From: Bacteroidales bacterium
Lineage (GTDB): Bacteria; Bacteroidota; Bacteroidia; Bacteroidales; UBA4181
DNA: 29,941 nucleotides
Direction of reading: 5' to 3'
Assembly (NCBI GenBank): GCA_031547815.1
Contig: JAVBRP010000220.1
Location: 1-29,941 of the forward strand
Part shown: positions 17,311-26,236 of the stretch, piece after piece
Numbering within the stretch: position 1 is the first letter of the stretch
Layout: each line of letters starts with the position of its first letter
The notes under the pieces: generated by a model
Database searches by the model: none
Told to the model about the DNA's origin: nothing
What the model saw: the letters and a program-made list of their open reading frames with translations, nothing else
Program-made: the position numbers and the translations under genes

Positions 17311-17376
17311 ATCGAAACCGGTTCTTAAAAATGGTAAATACTTTTCAAAGTTATGGGCCGGGGGTAGGTTTCCCCA

Positions 17377-17844
17377 TCAGCTCTTTGGTTTGCCGGCGCC
17401 CCTTCCGGGAAATCGCGGCGACAATTCCTGTACGGCCTCCCTTGCTCCGGGGATACTCCGATGCTGGCCATCCTTGGCGCCGTTGTATATGGAAAGACCG
17501 ACGACCAACGCTTCGTTGCCGCACAACTGAGCGGAATCCTTCAACTTACTCGTTACAGGATTCAGCGCCCGAAGAATGCGATTCAACGCCTTATAGGCTT
17601 CAAAATCCTTGCGGGCTTCGTCCAAATCGACGTACGAAGGCAAAAGTACCGGATTCTGCCCGGCAATGTCAATCGCCTTTTCAACAAAAGGGCTTGACTT
17701 GTCGCCCATCAGGGCCATACCTTTTCGTTCGTCTTCCGTAAGAACAATCAAGCCTTGAGGCAGAAGCGAGTTAAGTTCCGCAATTTTATTCAATATTTCC
17801 TGTTCGATTTGCGGATCAATAGTGATCGAAATTTTATTATTCAT
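17377..17844 (-). CDS. Conserved-looking hypothetical alpha-helical protein (155 aa)
   Basis: ATG with AT-rich upstream region and its own terminator; natural-looking amphipathic sequence (LTEDERKGMALMGDKSSPFVEKA...QNPVLLPSYVDL...LSPRFPGR). It resembles a widespread uncharacterised family as I recall it, but I cannot name a Pfam. Confidence 0.85.
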   Translation of the reverse strand: MNNKISITIDPQIEQEILNKIAELNSLLPQGLIVLTEDERKGMALMGDKSSPFVEKAIDIAGQNPVLLPSYVDLDEARKDFEAYKALNRILRALNPVTSKLKDSAQLCGNEALVVGLSIYNGAKDGQHRSIPGAREAVQELSPRFPGRGAGKPKS

Positions 17845-17981
17845 AAAGAAAACATTTTAAAGATTAAAAACAAGGTGTTATTCAAGAACCGGTTATAAGC
17901 CGTATTTCATGTTATACGTAAGCCTTTTGTTGATGTTTCAGTATTAAATTTATAATTTTAACATTTTTAGCCTTAAAAATA

Positions 17982-20900
17982 ATGAAAAATATTCTTTTCG
18001 GCCTCATCGTTCTCTTATTCTTATCGGGGTGCCGGTCCGGCAACAAAAAAAGCCCTGACGCCGGTTTTACCGTTCCCTTCACACCCTCAGGTAACCTCGA
18101 AGCCGAGTTCCAAAACCCGCCCGATTATGCTCGTACCCGTGCTTACTGGTGGTGGCTCGAAGGTTACATCAGCAAGCAAGGCATCACGGATGACCTCACG
18201 GCCATGAAAGAAGCCGGCATCATGGGAGCGATTGTTTTCGACGCGGGAGGTTCGACCTCCGGACGTAAAGCATCGGTTCGCACGCCCTTAGGCCCCGGTT
18301 TCGCAACACCCGAATGGCGCGACCTGTTCGTGTATGCTTGTCGGGTAGCCGACAGCCTCGGCATAGAGATCAGCATGAACATCACCAGCGGGTGGAACGA
18401 TGGCGGCCCGTGGGTAACGCCCGAATACGCTTCACAGAAATTGGTATGGAGTGAAACCTTTGTCGACGGCGGCAAAAAAATAGATATACAACTGCCGTTG
18501 CCCGAAAAATTACTTACTTACGAAGGTTCGGATCAGCCGTACTCTAAGCCGGTAGCGGTATTGGCCATGAAACTTACGGAAGATGCCGACTCGGTGAAGC
18601 CTTTACCGCATTTCGACATCAAGGCCGTCCACACCATACGTACCATCCCGCAAACGCCCGACGGTTTGGGTTACGATTGGGAAACTTTCGTCCGCCCGTT
18701 GCCCGACGATTTGAAAGGCTGCCATGCCCGTTCGGAAGACGTTACGGACATCAGCAAATATGCGGATGCCGAAGGCCGTATCCGATGGGATGCTCCCGAA
18801 GGGCGTTATGCCATTCTGCGTTTCGGACACACCGGAACGGGCGTGAAAGTGTCCACCCACAGCCCCGGCGCCGGAGGTTTGGCAATCGACTATATGAGCG
18901 TCGAAGCGATGGATTTACAGTTCAACAATGCGGTGATGCCGCTGCTCGAAGATTTGCAAAAGACGGGCGGCAAAAGTTTGCGCTATTTGCATGACGACAG
19001 TTGGGAATTAGGCGCCGCCAACTGGACGCCCCGGATGGAAAAGGCTTTCTCCGAAGCCAACGGTTACGACATCCGCAAGTACCTGCCCGTGATAGCCGGC
19101 AAGATTGTCGAAAACCACGACGTGAGCGAACGCTTCCTGTACGATTTTCGCCACACCATTGCCGAGCTGATCGAAAAAAATCATTACCAAAGGTTCAAGG
19201 AGTTGTCGCACAAATACGGCATCGGGATACATCCCGAATCGGGAGGGCCGCATCCGGCGCCGATTGACGCACTGAAAAACCTCGGCCAAAGCGATATTCC
19301 GATGGGCGAGTTTTGGGCAATCGCCAACACGCATCGCGTACTGCCGCAGCACCGCATATTCATCAAACAGGGAGCATCGGCGGCGCATATTTACGGTAAA
19401 CGCTTCATGCAGGCGGAAGGGCCTACCACCATCGGCCCGCATTGGGAGCGCGACCCTTGGATGCTGAAACCTACCATGGACAGGGTGTTTTGCGAAGGTC
19501 TCAATCGTTTTGTCATCCACACCTTTACCCATTCGCCGAGAGAAGCCGGCATTCCGGGGAACGAATATTTCGCGGGTACACATATCAACCCGAATACCAC
19601 TTGGTGGAACCAAGGAAAGGCTTTCTTGGAATGGTCGGCGCGTAACTCGTTCATGCTTTCGCAAGGATTTTTTGCAGCCGATGTCGCTTTTTATTACGGC
19701 GACAACGTTCCCAATCAGGTTCCGCTCAAGCATATTGACGCGCGCCTCGGCGAAGGTTATGATTACGACGTGGTTAATTCGGATGTGATCCTGAACCGGA
19801 TGACCGCTCGCGACGGAAAGATATTTCTGCCCGACGGTATGAATTATCGGGTATTGGTACTGCCCAACCGCAAAGCGATGAATATTGATGTGCTCGAAAA
19901 AATCGAACAATTGGTGAAAGCCGGCGCCACGATTATCGGCCCCAAGCCCGAAACAACCGTCGGGCTGCGCAATTCGGCCGGTACCGAAAAACGGTTGAAT
20001 AAAATCGCCGACGCTCTTTGGGGAAAAATCGACGGAACAACCGTCATGGAAAACATATCCGGCAAAGGCAAGGTCGTTTGGGGAAAAACGATACGCGAAA
20101 CGTTGGAAAATACGGGTATTGTCGCCGATTTTGCATATTCGGGCGCCGCCACCGATGCGCATATCGATTATATTCACCGCACTATTCACGGTATTGCCGG
20201 AAAAGACAACATTCAAATATATTATGTGGCCAACCGATTGGAACGCGCGGAATTTGTACGATGCGATTTCCGTGTCGCCGGATTGCAACCCGAAATATGG
20301 TATCCCGAAAACGGGAAAATCGTTCCCGCGAATGTATACATCCAAAAAGACGGGCGCACCGGCCTTCCGTTGCATCTTGACCCGTTCGGTTCCGTGTTTG
20401 TAGTGTTCCGCCGTGCAGCGCAACAAGAACCCGTCACGGCAATCGATCGGGACGGTACGGCAATTTTTCCTCCGGCGCAACTTGTCGACACCTCCGGGGA
20501 ACCCATGTTCGAATATCTGCCCGACGGCAAACTTGCTTTCTATCGTAACGGCACATACACGCTGACACAAGGCGGCAAAGAAACAAAACATGTCGTTCAA
20601 TGCCCTCCCGATCGGGAAATCAAAGGCGCGTGGCGCGTATCGTTCGACCCCGATTGGGGAGTTTCCGCCGACGTCGCGTTCCCCGAATTGATTTCATGGA
20701 CGCAACACGCGCATCCCGACATCAAATATTATTCGGGAACGGCCGTTTATCATAAAACGTTCGCATTAAACGAGGATGAACTCAAAGATTTCCGCGTCAG
20801 GCTCGACCTCGGCGAATTGCATCACCTTGCCGAAATTCGGATCAACGGGAAATCTGCCGGCGTATGGTGGAAAAAACCGTTTGCCGGAGATATTACCGAT

Positions 20901-21098
20901 CGGGTGCATGCCGGCGAAAACACGCTGGAAATAGCCATTGTCAACCTCTGGCCCAACCGCCTGATAGGCGATCAATTCCTGCCCGAAGACCAACGTCGCA
21001 CCAAAACCAATGTAGTAAAATTCACCAAAGACACCCCGTTGTTGCCTTCGGGATTGATAGGCCCCGTACGGCTGTCGTTCGGCGCAAAAACATTGTAA
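17982..21098 (+). CDS. GH106-type alpha-L-rhamnosidase, lipoprotein
   Basis: Lipoprotein signal LLFLSG-C; NPPDYARTRAYWWW, SGWNDGGPWVTPEYASQKLVW, HDDSWE, C-terminal GH2-like sugar-binding domain (LDLGEL, NTLEIAIVNLWPNRLIGD, LLPSGLIGPV). Confidence 0.85.
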   Translation: MKNILFGLIVLLFLSGCRSGNKKSPDAGFTVPFTPSGNLEAEFQNPPDYARTRAYWWWLEGYISKQGITDDLTAMKEAGIMGAIVFDAGGSTSGRKASVRTPLGPGFATPEWRDLFVYACRVADSLGIEISMNITSGWNDGGPWVTPEYASQKLVWSETFVDGGKKIDIQLPLPEKLLTYEGSDQPYSKPVAVLAMKLTEDADSVKPLPHFDIKAVHTIRTIPQTPDGLGYDWETFVRPLPDDLKGCHARSEDVTDISKYADAEGRIRWDAPEGRYAILRFGHTGTGVKVSTHSPGAGGLAIDYMSVEAMDLQFNNAVMPLLEDLQKTGGKSLRYLHDDSWELGAANWTPRMEKAFSEANGYDIRKYLPVIAGKIVENHDVSERFLYDFRHTIAELIEKNHYQRFKELSHKYGIGIHPESGGPHPAPIDALKNLGQSDIPMGEFWAIANTHRVLPQHRIFIKQGASAAHIYGKRFMQAEGPTTIGPHWERDPWMLKPTMDRVFCEGLNRFVIHTFTHSPREAGIPGNEYFAGTHINPNTTWWNQGKAFLEWSARNSFMLSQGFFAADVAFYYGDNVPNQVPLKHIDARLGEGYDYDVVNSDVILNRMTARDGKIFLPDGMNYRVLVLPNRKAMNIDVLEKIEQLVKAGATIIGPKPETTVGLRNSAGTEKRLNKIADALWGKIDGTTVMENISGKGKVVWGKTIRETLENTGIVADFAYSGAATDAHIDYIHRTIHGIAGKDNIQIYYVANRLERAEFVRCDFRVAGLQPEIWYPENGKIVPANVYIQKDGRTGLPLHLDPFGSVFVVFRRAAQQEPVTAIDRDGTAIFPPAQLVDTSGEPMFEYLPDGKLAFYRNGTYTLTQGGKETKHVVQCPPDREIKGAWRVSFDPDWGVSADVAFPELISWTQHAHPDIKYYSGTAVYHKTFALNEDELKDFRVRLDLGELHHLAEIRINGKSAGVWWKKPFAGDITDRVHAGENTLEIAIVNLWPNRLIGDQFLPEDQRRTKTNVVKFTKDTPLLPSGLIGPVRLSFGAKTL

Positions 21099-21115
21099 AC
21101 ATTATTTATCCAAAT

Positions 21116-23395
21116 ATGAAATCTCATTTCCTATTCTTCAACATTCTTTTTTGGAGTTGCATTTTCGTTGCCCGGTCGCAAACTCCGACAAGATTGCTCT
21201 GCAATCTTCTTTCGCGGCCCGAACAATCGGTGATTACCGACAACCGGTTGTCGTTCGGTTGGGAAGCGCCTTTCGGCAAGCAAACCGCATACCGCATATT
21301 AATTTCGTCCACGGCCGGAAAGGCCGCGCAACACGAGGGCGATGTGTGGGACAGCGGCGAAGTGAAATCGTCGCAATCCGTCAATGTGCCTTACAAAGGA
21401 CAATCCCTACAATCGGGGCGCAGTTACCTGTGGCAGGTGTCGGTGCGAGATGCGGCAGGCAACCGGTCGGATTGGAGTGCGGCGCAGCAGTTCAACATAG
21501 GCGAACCGTTCCGGCAGCGCTCGTGGCCGGGCGAAAGTCGCTGGGTAAAGATTCCGAGTTCCGGGTTTGGAGTTTCGGGTGGGGCAAAGCCGGTTAATTC
21601 GGAGCACGAAACCGATTCTATTTGGACATTCGAAAACCGCCATCCCATCAGCTACCATACGGTGACTCCCGTTAATTGGGCAAAGCGATTGAACGGCACT
21701 TTCTTTTACGATTTCGGTCGGGCGGCGTTCTCCAATGCCCGTTTCACCATCCGATCGCCCGTAAGCAATGATATTACCATCCGCATCGGCGAAAAAGCCG
21801 TGGGCGACAGTATCGACGGCAAGCCCGGCGGCGGAGTAATCTTTCAAGAATATCCGCTCGCTTTGAAACAGGGCGTTCACGATTACGAACTCGCCATTCC
21901 CCGTTTCGTGCCTCGTTATCCGCACAGCCAAGCCATGCCGGCGCACATGTCCGAAATCATCCCTTTTCGCTATCTTGAAATTGCGGCGGGCGATATATTC
22001 ATTACCGTTCATGATATGGAACAGCGGGCATTGTATTACCTGTTCGACGACAACGCCGCATCGTTTTCGTCATCCGACAACACGCTGAACGCCATCTATA
22101 ACCTGTGCAAATATTCCGTAAAGGCCAACACATTCAACGGCGACTATTCGGCAAGTCAGCGCGAACGCATGATGTACGAGGCCGATTGCTACATCCACCA
22201 GTTGGGAACCTACGCCATCGACCGCGAATACGCCATTGCCCGCTACAGCCTCGAAAACATGATTTACCACGCCACTTGGCCTACCGAGTGGATTTTGCAT
22301 ATTCCGCTGATGGCGTGGGCCGATTATCTGAACACGGGCGACATATCGCTCATTACGAAATATTATGACGATTTGAAGCCAAAAACATTGACGGCGTTGG
22401 CGGGCGATTCGACATTGATCAGTACCCGCACGGGTTTGCTCACGCAAGCGGTGTTCGACCAAATACATTTCGGTGGGAAAAAGATGCGCGACATTGTCGA
22501 CTGGCCGCAGGGAAGCATGTCTAAAGTCCGCAAGGGCGGCGAAACCGACGACTACGATTTCAGAACGTACAACACCGTGGTGAATGCGTTCCACTACCGG
22601 GCGCTGGTGCTGATGAGCAGAATGGCCGAAGCGTCGGGCAAAACAAACGACGCCAAATTCTACGGCCGAAGAGCGAAAGAGGTGGAAAAAGCCTTTAATA
22701 AATACTTTTTTGATGAAACGAGTGGAATTTACGTGGACGGGATCGGCAGTGCACATTCGTCGCTCCACGCCAACATGTTTGCGCTGGCATTCGGGCTTGT
22801 TCCCGATGCCCGTAAGGCGAAAGTAACGGATTTCATCAAGTCGAAAGGCATGGCTTGCGGCGTATACGGCGCCAACTACCTCCTCGAAGCTCTTTACGAC
22901 GCCGGAGAAGCCGATTACGCCTTGTCATTGCTCACGTCGGATAGCGATCGCAGTTGGGTGAACATGATTCGCGTGGGCGCCACCATGACCACCGAAGCAT
23001 GGGACACCAAGTATAAAAGCAACAACGGTTGGAGCCATGCATGGAGTTCGTCGCCGGTGCACATCATCCCCCGCAAGCTCATGGGTATTGAGCCGCTGGA
23101 ACCGGGGTTCGGGAAAATCCGCATCAAACCGCAACCGGCATCGCTAAAGCAGGCTTCGACAAAACTGCCGACGATACGCGGAACGGTGAATGTATCCTTC
23201 GAACAGGAGCCCGGCCGATTTTTCGAAATGGATGTGACCATTCCGGGCAATACGGTTGCCGAAATTTGGGTACCTTTACCGGCGGCCGAATACAAACTGA
23301 CGGTCGACGGAAAACCGGTAAAGGGAAAGGTCGACGGAAAGTTTGTGAAAGTGATGATGAATAAAAACCATGAACGAATAAGAATTGAACGATGA
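21116..23395 (+). CDS. GH78-type alpha-L-rhamnosidase
   Basis: Signal peptide from ATG 21116; Fn3-like N-terminus (QTAYRIL, VWDSG, YLWQVSVRD); (alpha/alpha)6 motifs (RERMMYEAD, WPTEW, GATMTTEAW, SHAWSSSP); C-terminal PTIRGTV. Confidence 0.85.
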   Translation: MKSHFLFFNILFWSCIFVARSQTPTRLLCNLLSRPEQSVITDNRLSFGWEAPFGKQTAYRILISSTAGKAAQHEGDVWDSGEVKSSQSVNVPYKGQSLQSGRSYLWQVSVRDAAGNRSDWSAAQQFNIGEPFRQRSWPGESRWVKIPSSGFGVSGGAKPVNSEHETDSIWTFENRHPISYHTVTPVNWAKRLNGTFFYDFGRAAFSNARFTIRSPVSNDITIRIGEKAVGDSIDGKPGGGVIFQEYPLALKQGVHDYELAIPRFVPRYPHSQAMPAHMSEIIPFRYLEIAAGDIFITVHDMEQRALYYLFDDNAASFSSSDNTLNAIYNLCKYSVKANTFNGDYSASQRERMMYEADCYIHQLGTYAIDREYAIARYSLENMIYHATWPTEWILHIPLMAWADYLNTGDISLITKYYDDLKPKTLTALAGDSTLISTRTGLLTQAVFDQIHFGGKKMRDIVDWPQGSMSKVRKGGETDDYDFRTYNTVVNAFHYRALVLMSRMAEASGKTNDAKFYGRRAKEVEKAFNKYFFDETSGIYVDGIGSAHSSLHANMFALAFGLVPDARKAKVTDFIKSKGMACGVYGANYLLEALYDAGEADYALSLLTSDSDRSWVNMIRVGATMTTEAWDTKYKSNNGWSHAWSSSPVHIIPRKLMGIEPLEPGFGKIRIKPQPASLKQASTKLPTIRGTVNVSFEQEPGRFFEMDVTIPGNTVAEIWVPLPAAEYKLTVDGKPVKGKVDGKFVKVMMNKNHERIRIER

Positions 23396-24444
23396 ATCCG
23401 AGAGAAAGAATCCTTGCCGCAGTGAACCGGCAACCTGTTGACCGCCCGCCGGTAGACCTTTGGTGCACTCCCGAAGTGCTCGAAACCCTCAAAGCGCATA
23501 CCGGCCTGAATGATGAATTGGCTGTGTACCACGCATTGGGGATCGACAAAATCGTATGGATATTCCCCGGCTACGGAGGCCGATACTTCGACCCCAACGA
23601 CAGCGGCGAAATCACCCTGTGGGGCGTTCCCACGCGGATGATGAAAGCCGGCTTGGCCACCTATCAGGAATATATCAACCCGCCGATTGCCGGATTGCAC
23701 GATCCGGCGCAACTGAACGACTATCCCTTATGGCCCGATCCCGACAATTTCGATTACGCGGGCGTCAAAATATTAGCCGACAAAGCCCGTTCGTATAACT
23801 TCGCTACCATTGGTCCGTGGATTTCGCATTTCGAGATTTATTGTCAGATGCGCGGACTCGAAAACGCCCTTATGGACACGTTGGCTAACCCGGAGTTTCT
23901 CGAAGCGGCCCTCGACCGTATCGATGCCATACAAACAGTGATGCTCGAACGGTTGCTCACTGAACTGGGCGATCGTATCGACATCATCTTCATCAGTGAC
24001 GATATGGGAATACAAGAAAGCCTGCTTGTGCCCGTCGAAGTTTGGGAAACGCACTTCAAACCGCGGTTGAAACGCTGGTGCGATCTCATCCACCGCTACG
24101 GGAAAAAAGTGCTGTTCCATACCGACGGAGCCGTATTGCCGCTCATACCCGGTTTGATCGAGTGCGGCATCGATATCCTGAATCCCATTCAGCACGTTTG
24201 TCCGGGTATGGATAGAGCCGTGTTGAAAGAACGTTACGGAAAAGACCTCATTTTCCACGGCGGCATCGAGAATCAGAAAATCCTGCCTTTCGGGACAACC
24301 CGAGATGTGATCGAAGAAACGCGCACCTGCCTCGAAACCCTCGGCCACGGAGGAGGATACATTTGCTGTTCATGTCATAATGTTCAAGCCGGAACACCCG
24401 TGGAAAATATACTTGCCATGATTGACACCGTGAAAAATCGGTAA
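23392..24444 (+). CDS. Uroporphyrinogen decarboxylase-like (URO-D/MtaA-CmuA superfamily) protein
   Basis: MNPRERILAA..RQPVDRPPV start, MRGLENALMD, SDDMG, LFHTDG, DILNPIQ, FHGGI, GGGYICCSCHNVQAGTPVEN; ATGA overlap with GH78. Confidence 0.9.
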   Translation: MNPRERILAAVNRQPVDRPPVDLWCTPEVLETLKAHTGLNDELAVYHALGIDKIVWIFPGYGGRYFDPNDSGEITLWGVPTRMMKAGLATYQEYINPPIAGLHDPAQLNDYPLWPDPDNFDYAGVKILADKARSYNFATIGPWISHFEIYCQMRGLENALMDTLANPEFLEAALDRIDAIQTVMLERLLTELGDRIDIIFISDDMGIQESLLVPVEVWETHFKPRLKRWCDLIHRYGKKVLFHTDGAVLPLIPGLIECGIDILNPIQHVCPGMDRAVLKERYGKDLIFHGGIENQKILPFGTTRDVIEETRTCLETLGHGGGYICCSCHNVQAGTPVENILAMIDTVKNR

Positions 24445-24684
24445 CGACGATGCGGATACTTCGCGCGATCAAGTTATGAGTTCTTCGGATGTTGTTTCCC
24501 ATGCTTTGCGGTAAAAAGAATGACTTTACGGAAGCGGCGCTGATCCCATGCATCACTCTGTTCGGTGAATGGGACCGTCGTCGCGACGGCAAAGAATATC
24601 AAGACATCCGTTCAAGAAGGTATACTTATGTTAAATCAAAAATTTTATCTATTTTTACCGCTTATGCTTCTCGCGGTATAATTT

Positions 24685-24750
24685 TGTGCTTTGCGCCTTG
24701 GCGTCTTGGCGAGAGAATAATCACGCCAAGATGCCGAGGCGCGAAGCATA
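24685..24750. repeat. REP-like long hairpin (CTTTGCGCCTTGGCGTCTTGGCG family)
   Basis: Arms 24685-24714 and 24721-24750 form about a 30-bp stem. Of five departures from Watson-Crick pairing, four are G-U wobbles and one is an A-A mismatch. Confidence 0.75.
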
Positions 24751-24846
24751 ACCGTGTTTGCCCGCCTGAATGACAAAGTCGGACAGGCGAGCTTGCCGAA
24801 GGTGAAATAACTCCGCGTGAAGCATGGTTGAACTTGAAATGAAAAA

Positions 24847-25938
24847 ATGAAACCGGTTATCATTTTCTTATCTGCATTCATATTAAACTGTTATGCTCTT
24901 TCGGCGAAAGAATCGAGCGACAAACCGACGCCGACAGTCAAAAACATTATTTTCATGATCGGCGACGGCATGGCCACCAATCAGATATATGCCGCGTTAA
25001 CCGCCAACAAAGGCAGCCTCAACATCGAACGTTGTCCATACGTCGGTTTTGCAAAGACCTACTCGGCAAACAATTACATCACCGATTCGGCTGCTGCCGG
25101 AACAGCCGTCGCTTGCGGCGAAAAAACCGAAAACGGGATGGTCGGCGTAAGCCCGGACGACAGACGATTAAAGTCGATGTTGGAATATGCCGCCGACAAG
25201 GGTTTGTCCACGGGCGTAGCAGTTACCTGCGAGTTGACACACGCCACTCCTGCGGCATTCATCGCTCATGTGCGCAATCGTTCGAGCATGGAAACTATTG
25301 CGGTCGATTACACCTTGTCCAAAGTGAACGTGTGCATCGGCGGCGGACGCAAATATTTCGAAAATCGCTCCGACGGCAAAAACCTCACCGACGTGATGAA
25401 ATCCAAGGGGTTTCAAGTAGCATACAACATGGACGAGGTAAAAGGCATTACGTCGGGTAATTTGTTGGCATTGTTGGCCGACGAAGCGCCGGAACCTTAC
25501 GTCATTCGCGGCGATATGCTGCCCGAAGCCGTGTCGTCGGCAATCCGGATTCTCAACAACAACGAGAAAGGATTTTTCCTGATGGTGGAAGGTTCGCAAA
25601 TCGATTGGGCTGCAAGCTCCAATAACCACGCGTATTTGCTCGACGAGATGATGGATTTTGACCGTACGGTAAAGGTTGCTTTAGATTTTGCCGAACAGGA
25701 CGGAAATACGCTGGTGGTTATCACCGGCGACCACGAAACGGGCGGCTTGTGTATCCTAAACGGCAGCATACAAACCGGCGACGTCAAGATGATTTTCGCA
25801 AGCAAAGGCCATACGGGCGTGCCGGTTCCGGTCTTTACTTACGGACCCGGTGCCGCTTCATTTTCGGGAATATACGAAAACACGATGTTTCTGCCCAAAG
25901 TGCTTGATTTGCTGGATATCGGGAAAGATCAACGCTGA
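24847..25938 (+). CDS. phoA: Alkaline phosphatase (PhoA family), exported
   Basis: Signal peptide; KNIIFMIGDGM, TDSAAAGTA (catalytic Ser), HATPAAF, FFLMVEGSQID, TGDHETGG, HTG. Confidence 0.92.
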   Translation: MKPVIIFLSAFILNCYALSAKESSDKPTPTVKNIIFMIGDGMATNQIYAALTANKGSLNIERCPYVGFAKTYSANNYITDSAAAGTAVACGEKTENGMVGVSPDDRRLKSMLEYAADKGLSTGVAVTCELTHATPAAFIAHVRNRSSMETIAVDYTLSKVNVCIGGGRKYFENRSDGKNLTDVMKSKGFQVAYNMDEVKGITSGNLLALLADEAPEPYVIRGDMLPEAVSSAIRILNNNEKGFFLMVEGSQIDWAASSNNHAYLLDEMMDFDRTVKVALDFAEQDGNTLVVITGDHETGGLCILNGSIQTGDVKMIFASKGHTGVPVPVFTYGPGAASFSGIYENTMFLPKVLDLLDIGKDQR

Positions 25939-25959
25939 CATTTCCGAAATTCGGCATCC

Positions 25960-26124
25960 TCACATCCCGCACAAAACCTTCATCACCGTTTCGCGGCGTT
26001 GGCGCGAGATGCCGACCGCAGCGTCGTTTTTCATGCGAATGTAGCCGCCGTCGCTTTTCACGAAACTTTTTATTTCCCGCAGGTTGATCAGGTGCGATTG
26101 ATGCACGCGAAGAAAACCGTAGGG
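25960..26124 (-). pseudogene. 3' remnant of a LytTR-domain regulator gene
   Basis: Hand translation of the minus strand: PYGFLRVHQSHLINLREIKSFVKSDGGYIRMKNDAAVGISRQRRETVMKVLCGM*. This is the LytTR signature (F.RVH.S.L.NL; SR.RR). Upstream is an AT-rich stretch with an in-frame stop and no start codon. Confidence 0.85.
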
Positions 26125-26186
26125 AGCGGGCTTATATGCTATATTTTTAATGTAATGCTTTAAAGCATTTTAAATCTATTTTGCTG

Positions 26187-26236
26187 TTATTTTTTTCAAA
26201 ACTCATTATTTTTTTTCAAAAAGAGTATTACATTTG
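26187..26236 (+). promoter_or_regulatory. Candidate sigma-A promoter of the second susC with upstream direct repeats
   Basis: TACATTTG at 26229-26236 matches TAnnTTTG; preceded by TTA(T7)CAAAA (26187-26201) and TTA(T8)CAAAA (26206-26221). Confidence 0.55.

Noticed and set aside
19008-20600. 530-aa minus-strand ORF, and similar long antisense ORFs (1159-1983, 8380-9393, 12537-13574, 15209-16201, 28182-29813)
   Set aside because: Each lies wholly opposite a well-supported gene and has no recognisable motifs. These are shadow ORFs of GC-rich coding sequence.
20864-21115. N-terminal extension of the 843-aa ORF
   Set aside because: It overlaps the GH106 3' end in another frame. A clear signal peptide begins at ATG 21116.
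24445-24640. GC-rich stretch after the URO-D-like gene (ORFs 24489-24773 and 24248-24592)
   Set aside because: I translated the reading frames on both strands by hand and recognised no domain, periodicity or stable hairpin. It may be a decayed gene fragment, but I cannot support a call.
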